The translations under genes were made by a program, and so were the position numbers. From Antedon mediterranea (Eukaryota > Animalia > Echinodermata): DNA of 64,000 nt. The stretch spans positions 18,994,101 through 19,058,100 of the forward strand of contig NC_092677.1 in NCBI RefSeq assembly GCF_964355755.1. The letters are read 5' to 3'. The notes under the pieces were generated by a model that had not been told where the DNA came from, did not search any database, and was given only the letters and a program-made list of their open reading frames with translations. This document shows, one piece after another, positions 55,898-64,000 of this stretch (its first letter is position 1; each line of letters starts with the position of its first letter).

Positions 55898-58800
55898 ACT
55901 AGAATTTAATTGTCACTTTTACAAATTATAGGTGATCATTTTTATCATTTTATTGACATTAATATTTTTTAAACATGCACATGTACGTTAACAATAACAT
56001 ACGATCTGAAAATGTTGATGTATGCCATCCTATTATTTTTATACGCTTATAGTGTTGAGTTGTGCCTATTATTATTATGCCATATACAATATGTAAAGTA
56101 TATACCTGTATATCTATATACAGTGTAACATAGGTGAAATTACGGGACACACATGTTCTAAATTTTTGATATGATGGAATTATCAAAATAAACTCGAAGA
56201 GGACAATTTCGAAAGATAATGAATTGAGCAAATAAATATAAGAATTGGAAGAGAATTTGGCACGTAGAAGCGCAATGCGCGCTCTTTGAAATGTTTATAA
56301 CTTTGACTATTAAAAGAAAGTTAAAAACTGACCATATGATAACATCACATCATCTGATAAGCTTAATTTTTATATGAATTCATATCTACATTTCATCAGC
56401 TTTCATAATAAGTTATAATCTTCAAGGTCACCTTTAATTCTGAAGAGCTGTAAGATATTCAAATGTATGGTGTAGGTGAAATTACACGACCTAGGTTATT
56501 CAAGTTTTTACGCATGATGACGTCATCAAAATGTAAATGTTGACAACTCATGAGAAAGATAATTAATTGAGCAAGCACATACTAAAATTTGTGCGAAAAT
56601 CGGGTTCAAATAACGGAGATGCGCTCTATTGAATTTGATAACCCACACAAAAAGAAAAAAATTACTAATTTTTAAATTCAAGTGGCCATTTGACGACGTC
56701 ATACCATTTTGTACGTCTAATGTGTATATACATTTATATCTACAACTTTAATTGGCTTCCCGAATAAGTTAAAAAAATTGGGGGTCATCTTGCATTCTGA
56801 AGAGTTATTTTCATTTTAAAAAAGTCATATTTTTCACCATTTTCAGAACTTTTGTGAAATTAATGTCCGCATTTTGTCATTTTTAACGTGCTCGTATAGC
56901 GTTATTTTAAGTTTGAATGGACTCAAAATCGAAGAATGTATTAAGGATTGTGAGTAGAATGTAATGTATACATCAAATTTTATTTTTTACGCTTTTTAAA
57001 AATCGTGTGCGCAAAAACAGTTTTTGCGCAGTAATTTTTTTTAAACACGCAAATGGCCTATTTCATGCTCTAAATTGATCAAAACTTAATTTTGAGCTTT
57101 TTAAAATTTTGAAGCGCGATTTCACGCGCATGACCTTGAAACGCGCGAGTTTTTATTTGCTAATATTTTTTACCGATTTTACCTATCGAATGTTGTGCCG
57201 TTATGATATGGCTTGTTGAATTTAAAAAGTAGTTTTTACATCTCTTTCGTCACATTTATAACAATTTTAAAGAGCGCGCACTGCGCATCTATATGCCAAA
57301 TTTTCTTCCAAAATTTATATTTTTTTGCTAAATTCATTATCTTTGAATGTCATCTTCAATTTTAATTTGATAACGTCATCATACCAAAAAATTAGAACAT
57401 GATGTGGGTCCCGTAATTTCACCTATGCTACACTGTATGGATATACAGTATACTGTACATATTATATATGACACATAATAGGTACAACTAAGCACTATAA
57501 GCGTATATGCATCATGTCATAGGATGGCGTACATCAACTTTTTACGAACGTACATGCATGTTTAAAAAATGTTAATTTCATTAAAATTATAAAAATGATC
57601 ACCTATAATTCGTCAAAGTGACGAATTAAATTCTAGTTTTTATTTATTTCTATCTTTATTGTGACGACAGTATTGTAGAACAAAATAAAACGTACTCTAG
57701 ATTTGAACTTGTCACTTTGACGAGTTAGTTATCCGCACCACAAACGCCACGTGCACGTCATATGTTGGAATATTGCACACAGAAAAAGATTATGGCATTA
57801 TGACCTGAACTGAAGAATTTTGTGTAAAGTATATCAGTACACACTGTATACTGTATGCATACTACATACAGTGTAGCATAGGTGAAATTACAGGACCCGC
57901 CTTTTATTCAAATTTTGAACATGATGACGTCATCAAAATGAAACACGGAGATCGCAATTTTGGAAGAAAATAGTCCGATGATGACGTTACAATGTCCGAG
58001 AGGTAAATAATTTGCACAAAAATGACAGAAGGAAAAAAGCATAATACAGAAAAAAATATGATAAAACAGGACAGTTACATTTTACAAGGAGTTATCCGCA
58101 ATTAAAGCGGATAACTAACAAAGATGAACTAGATTTGAACTCATCACTTTGACGAGTTTGGGTTATCCGCACAAATGCCACATGCACATACATTAAAATA
58201 TAAACGCCAACAATTATGCCATCCTATGACATGAATTAAATGTTTACAGGACTGAATTTTACCAATTTTGTGTCGTGAAGCATACAGGTATTTACGGAAT
58301 ACACTGTATATGTTATATACAGTGTAGCATAGATGAAATTACGAGACCCATCTTTTAATCAAATTTTTAACATGATAACGTCATCAAAATGTAACATAAA
58401 GATTTTAAAGATTTATGTGGCCATATGGTCAGAACATCCAGTAGATACAAATTTGACATGAATTGATATTACAACCCAGCTTCCATACTACATTAAAAAA
58501 ATTGGGGTAACCAGCCATCCTGAGGAGCTATAACTGATAAAAAAAAGGTATTTTTTGCACTAATTTGCATTAAATTAACGATTATTAAAGTTTAACGTGT
58601 ATGTGCGTCATTATTTTGCAATTCAAGTTCATCAAAATGAATGAAATGTACTACAGGTGGTATGAAAAACAAAAATCAATTGCAAAAACTATTTTTCTAC
58701 GCTTTGTACGAGCTGTGTGCACAAGTGTGTGTGCAAAACGCAAACAATTTATACAATTTTTTAAATGCTCAAAATGACCTGAAATGTATGCGAAATTTCA

Positions 58801-59610
58801 TAAAACCATGCATACTTACGCTGTGCATCTCCAACATCATATAACAAAGTTTGCTGCACATTTACAGTTTAAGGTCAATCTACTTACAAAGTTATACGTT
58901 GTTATGTTCACAAAAATTTGAGATACAAAATTCTGGGAATGAAATAAGAATAAGATAGGAAAACAAAATGTTTAGATGCCCTATTTTTTTACCATTTTCA
59001 GCACTTTTGTGCAATTATGTGCATTTTTTCATCTGTAACCTGCTCGTATAGCGTTATTTTAAGTCGGAATAAACTCAAATTTGGTGAATGTGTTAACGAT
59101 TGTGAGTAGAATGTGATTTGTACAAAACAGTCGTAATTCTTACGTTTTTTAAATTTAAAAAAATGTGTTTTTATGTGCAGTAATTTTTTGAAACATGGCC
59201 TAATTCATGCTGTAATCAAAACGTTATTTTAAACTTTTTTAATTGTTAACACGCGATTTTATGAGTATGATCTTGTATGTGTGTGTGCGTTTGTTTTTAT
59301 TTGCAAATATTTTTACCCTTGACCTGAACTTATTTTAGTGAATTTGATTGATAATGAAGACGAGTTATACAGTACTGTAGAGATATGCCTGATAATGTGA
59401 TTTCACAAAATGGCGTATAAATGATGTCACGGATGAGTGATCACATTGAAAAGCTTATAAGGATTAAGATAAATTATTTGAAAGATATTGTGAAATTTCG
59501 GTGATAATTGACATTTACTTTTTTCAGAAAGAAACAAAGAAGAATAATAATAAAGATTTCATACAATAATAATAGGTGATCAGTTTATTTTAAATGATCA
59601 TAAATTATTA
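55898..59610. mobile_element. Cluster of HINE-like elements (TGATCACC and TTATCCGC end types) in both orientations
   Basis: Hairpin+CTAG 3' ends at 55898-55940 (-), 57595-57637 (+), 57697-57740 (-), 58129-58172 (-); 5' subTIR palindromes at 58090-58116 and about 59575-59602; shared core CAGTGTA(G/A)CATAGGTGAAATTAC. Confidence 0.7.
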
Positions 59611-60479
59611 TTTAGAAAATGTACATTTCATTGAATTCAGACATTGGGCATTGAAACATGTTTTTCTTTAGTGAATATTATGATGGAGGAAAGTGGAAAA
59701 AATAGACAATCATTGAACAAACATGGAAATGAGATAGAAATATTATAATGAGCAGTATTTGTTCTGGATACACTATATTGTATCAGTGTTGCACACTCGA
59801 TCTATTGAAACAGTGATTTCTTTATTTAAAAATAAATTATTCCTAAAACAAAAATCTATCTCATACCAAAATGCAGGAACAGGGGTCAGATTTATCAAAT
59901 TTGCTTAACAAAAATTTGTCTTAACTTTGCCTTAAATCCTTGATTTCGGATTTATTAATTATACTAAGCAAAAATATTTGCCTAATTTTGTCTTAAATCT
60001 AATACAAACATCTTATCTCATTTTTGCAACAAAATTATTTTTCTTCAATGCAAGCGTGCTAGTCTGAGACATTGCAAGTTTGGAAAGACTATCCGCAGTA
60101 TCATGGACTTTAATAAAGATATTGATCTTCAGTAAGATAGCCTAGAAATTAGACGAGCAAAACAAAAATTTTGAGATGCATTAAGTGTTACCCATTTGAC
60201 TACCCAGAAGCTACTTTTATAAAACTGTATCGGTTGCAAATACTTGGGCCGCTGTTATTGATACAAATAAATAAATGATGATTAGTTTTGAGTTTAGAGC
60301 AAATGATTTTCCCATGTATTTCAAATTGTTGTGCCTTTTTGTCTATTTTTCGTTTTAAGACAAAATTTGCTCTCTCAACATTTTGCGCATGTGACAAGAA
60401 AAATTTAACTAAGATAATTTTTTTGCTAAGACGGTGTGATAAATAAGCATTTAAATTTGAAAATCCGCAAAAGTAATTT

Positions 60480-62520
60480 ATAATCAACTTTTTACACGTT
60501 TCATGTCATTTTAAGCATGTAAAACTCCCATACGCGTGTGGACTTTTACATGTGAGGTTCACACATAACATTAAAACATAATTTTTTTAAACCATTTCGA
60601 CTTAAAATCATGTCATATGAGCACGTCGAATTAGACAATTAGCGCACATTTTTTATGAAAAAGTTCAGAAATTTGTCAAAATTATGTCTTTTTTTACACA
60701 GTCATAGTTTTTTTTTTTTTGATTTACCACTTTTTTTTATTTTGATGATGTCGTCATGTTCGTAAGCATGAATAACTTGGGTCACTTATTTACATCATTA
60801 CAGTAAATTTCAATGTTATAGCTCCTCAGAATGAAAAGTGATACTCATAATTAAAACGTTTTGTGGAAGCTGTTGAATTGTAGATACGAATTCATTCACA
60901 ATATATAGTGTATACTGTAGGCCTATATACTGTACTTGGACACAAAATAGAGAACCAGCCCTTAAAATTAACGCCGGCATTCGGCATTGCCGACGTAAAC
61001 GGCGATGTGAGTCTAGCTAGGCCTGATAATTATCTACGCGTCGATCGTAGGGTGGTTCGTAGGGTTAGTAAACACCATTGTCATCGCCTTTAGAAGCATG
61101 GACAATGCAAACAAACAATGTATTGTTTGCTATATAAAATCCTGTCTAAAGCTAGAAGACGTAAATTTTTGTAACCGCCATACGCATCAGTTATCCTAAT
61201 TTGGCCGGACATCCGCCGACGAGACGACATCAGGCCCGTGGGTCTTCAGCTCATGCAAAGAGAGTTTTGGCGGCCTACACTATAAATGATTTAATCCTAC
61301 CTTGGGTTAGCAAATTATAAAAACGACGACACCTAGGCTAGGACATTAACAAAATAATGCAAAATAAATATATATTCCATGCTAAGATTTAAGTAAGATA
61401 GGCCTTTTAAATAATTTTTTTAATGTGTAAAGAAAATGCCCGACTAGAATTTGGATGGAAAGAAAAATACATGTGAATCGTGGGAACAGTTTAGAGCAGC
61501 TAAGAGAGTATTATCATGCGACACAAAATCCAGGTACACGATCTTAATTAGCCTCCCCTCGTACCGAGTTAAAAAAAAAACATGTGAGAGGTTGCGGTAA
61601 ATAGAGAGTAGGCCTATCGTGTTTCATGCCATGTGACCAAAAAAAAACTAGGTCTGTATTATTTACGGTCTTCTGTCGGCAGTCTTTTTGAGCGACCGAC
61701 TGAACGTTCTGATACTATATTTAAAATGAATTGTTCACAATCTTTTTTGTCGGGATCGTTTCTGGAACGACTGGACGTTCATTATATTACTTTTATTAGT
61801 TGGTCTAGTTCATTGTGTTGGATCGTGTCTCTCTGTTCATTCACATCGTGGGAAATTTATATTCGCCGTTGAGTAGATAAACACGCACGAAGGAAACGAT
61901 TACAATTAAAAAATATTTTATATTTCTTATTAATTTACAACTTGGTCTTCCGCCAGTCACATTAATTTTCACACCTTGTTACTTCACTAAGAACATCGTA
62001 GGGTAGTTTATTAAGGTTACGAACTCCCTACGAAGTTCAGAACGTAGCTCATTGAAAGTTGTTTATTGAGGTTACGAAACCAAACTGTTCAGTTTATAAT
62101 GGCATAATCTTTTTTCTGTGCACATTTTATGAAACAGGCTTAACGTACGTGTGCATGACGTTTGTGGTGCAGATAACTAACTCGTCAAAGTGACCAGTTC
62201 AAGTCTATTTTTTTTCTTTCTGTTAATGTTGTGTCTCGCGTATTTCTAAAACTTTCAAACATGTTAACATTTTGTAACTTTCTTAACATATCGTCATTCA
62301 CATGAAATTGTGCAGCTAACATTTTCACGATGTTTACAATTGCGCGCAATTGTGACTTGCGTGCGATTTTATTTTGTGTTTTTAACATACAGTAGGTCGG
62401 AAACGAAACAACATTTTAAATTGAAACTTCGCAAAAGTGTAATTTATATCATGCGTTATTCTGTGTTGAAAAGAAATAGCAAATTCCACAGAAAGTTACG
62501 CACGCACACAAGTTAAAAAA
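60480..62520 (+). mobile_element. Further fragments of the same HINE family
   Basis: 60480-60950 parallels 365-1045, the 3' end at 62100-62207 parallels 1068-1169, and 62340-62460 parallels 200-312. Confidence 0.55.
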
Positions 62521-64000
62521 AAAAGATAAATCTACAGTAGTTGATTACATTACTACTTTTAGTGCTAGGAGAAAGTCTTTGGTTGCCAATATTATTTTGT
62601 GATTATATTAATAATTTTTGATAATTTTCAGGAGCAAACAACACTTTTTATTTAGTTTAAGCATTCTTGTATATAGTACACAACTGCTGTTTTCTCTAAT
62701 TGCGGTATTGGCAGTGGAAAACATAATCAAAGCAGAGTGAAGTGTGTTGTTGTACTGATCTTATTCTCAAGTTGATGATCTAATCCAAATATAGTAACAA
62801 CACATCCTTCTAGTTTCTAAAAATAATAGTAACGAAAGGTGTAATGAATATCTGCAAAAAAAAGATAGACTTTATAAAATAAGAGTGCCAAACCTCCAAA
62901 GCTAATTCACATGATGCTATATTTAGAATAATTACAGAGTATATGTCTTAAATTTGATTCTTGTAACGGCAAATTTATTTTATAATACATTACCATCTAA
63001 TTGTTCCAGATTATTACTTTTTCAAGTCTTATTATTATTTTTTTTTAAATACAGTTTCGTAAAAATTGTTTCTTTGCAATAATTTTGCGGTACTTATAAT
63101 ATCAAAGTAAAATGTTTTGCAATACTGTACTGTGTATTATGGAAGTCCATCACAAAATGAATACTCGCCCTTACCAAATAAGGGGCGACCGTTTCAGCCT
63201 TGCTTATTTCTAATTCTGACAGTTAAATCAATCGATTATTTCATCTTTTTTAACTTTTTATAGTGGTCAATGTTCCTTTTTTATTGTTGTGCAGCTTCCT
63301 GGCAACAAAATTTAATTTACTTTGGTATATGAAAAATTAAGAATAATAAAAAGACTTTAAATAGGCCATTTCACAGTTTTAATAAAGTTAATCACTTCCG
63401 TAGGGGAAAAAAAAGTATTTTTTTTTACTTTATAAAAAGACAAAATTAACAGTTAAATTCAACCGAAAACTCATTGACTTCCAGTTAATTTGACTAATTT
63501 TTGCTTTGAATAATACAGTTATGGTATATTAAAAAAAACATTAAACATTTTTTTTTCAGGGAGGACAATATATCTTTAAATAATCTTCATGTGATAATTA
63601 TTTTTCTGTTATTTTGTCAATAAAGTGTATAACTACATTCTAAATTTTAAAAGGTGTTTGGAGACCCCTCCAATGCACCCTGGCAATAGTATGTTACTAC
63701 TGTAGGAGTAGCAGGAGTGCAGGATTGTACAGTATATGCAATGATTGGTTTATTCTTGAATATTTGTGATTTTTTATGATAATAAATGTATTGATATAAA
63801 CTTATTATTTTTAATTAATGATAATTTAATTAATATAACAATGAATTCCTTATTTTTTAAAAGATAATTTATGTTATCATTTTCTTGTTAAATTCTCCAG
63901 AAGATTTTATTTTCATACATGTAATTATCATACAGATAGAATTACAATTTTGTCTTCTATAAATAGGTATTGGTTTAATATTTATATTTATGTTAGAGAG

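Noticed and set aside
50439-63580. A 13-kb TTAA-flanked element defined by inverted AGAT(G/A)TATTGTCC ends
   Set aside because: The two ends look like the same terminus of separate diverged MITE copies in opposite orientation; no transposase between them.

Overview
AT-rich, intron-containing eukaryotic DNA from an invertebrate animal (the repeat landscape suggests a marine invertebrate such as an echinoderm; this is inference). It holds two host genes on the + strand: S-adenosylhomocysteine hydrolase (AHCY, 7 coding exons at 10435-14645, with the short first coding exon not securely located) and the first five coding exons of G-protein alpha-s (GNAS, 39185-48542, continuing beyond the window). 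Most of the rest is transposon-derived. An intact, very young 4.8-kb Ty3/Gypsy CsRn1-type LTR retrotransposon (identical LTRs, tRNA-Trp PBS, GGGAAAC -1 frameshift site) lies 430 bp upstream of AHCY. A decayed Helentron (Rep-Pif1 helicase-AP endonuclease) is embedded in a tandem array of its own 340-bp non-autonomous units, together with two tRNA-Val-derived copies and a nested Academ-like element. There are also Mutator-, Harbinger- and Kolobok-type MITEs, several HINE/DINE-1-like elements, minisatellites and a 2.5/2.1-kb tandem duplication. The duplication provides filled-versus-empty site controls, which reveal two classes of tiny palindromic scars: 27-42-bp CA..TG hairpins with 7-bp duplications (probable P-superfamily excision footprints) and TA to TAGGCCTA insertions. 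No prokaryotic-type system (CRISPR, operon) is supported.
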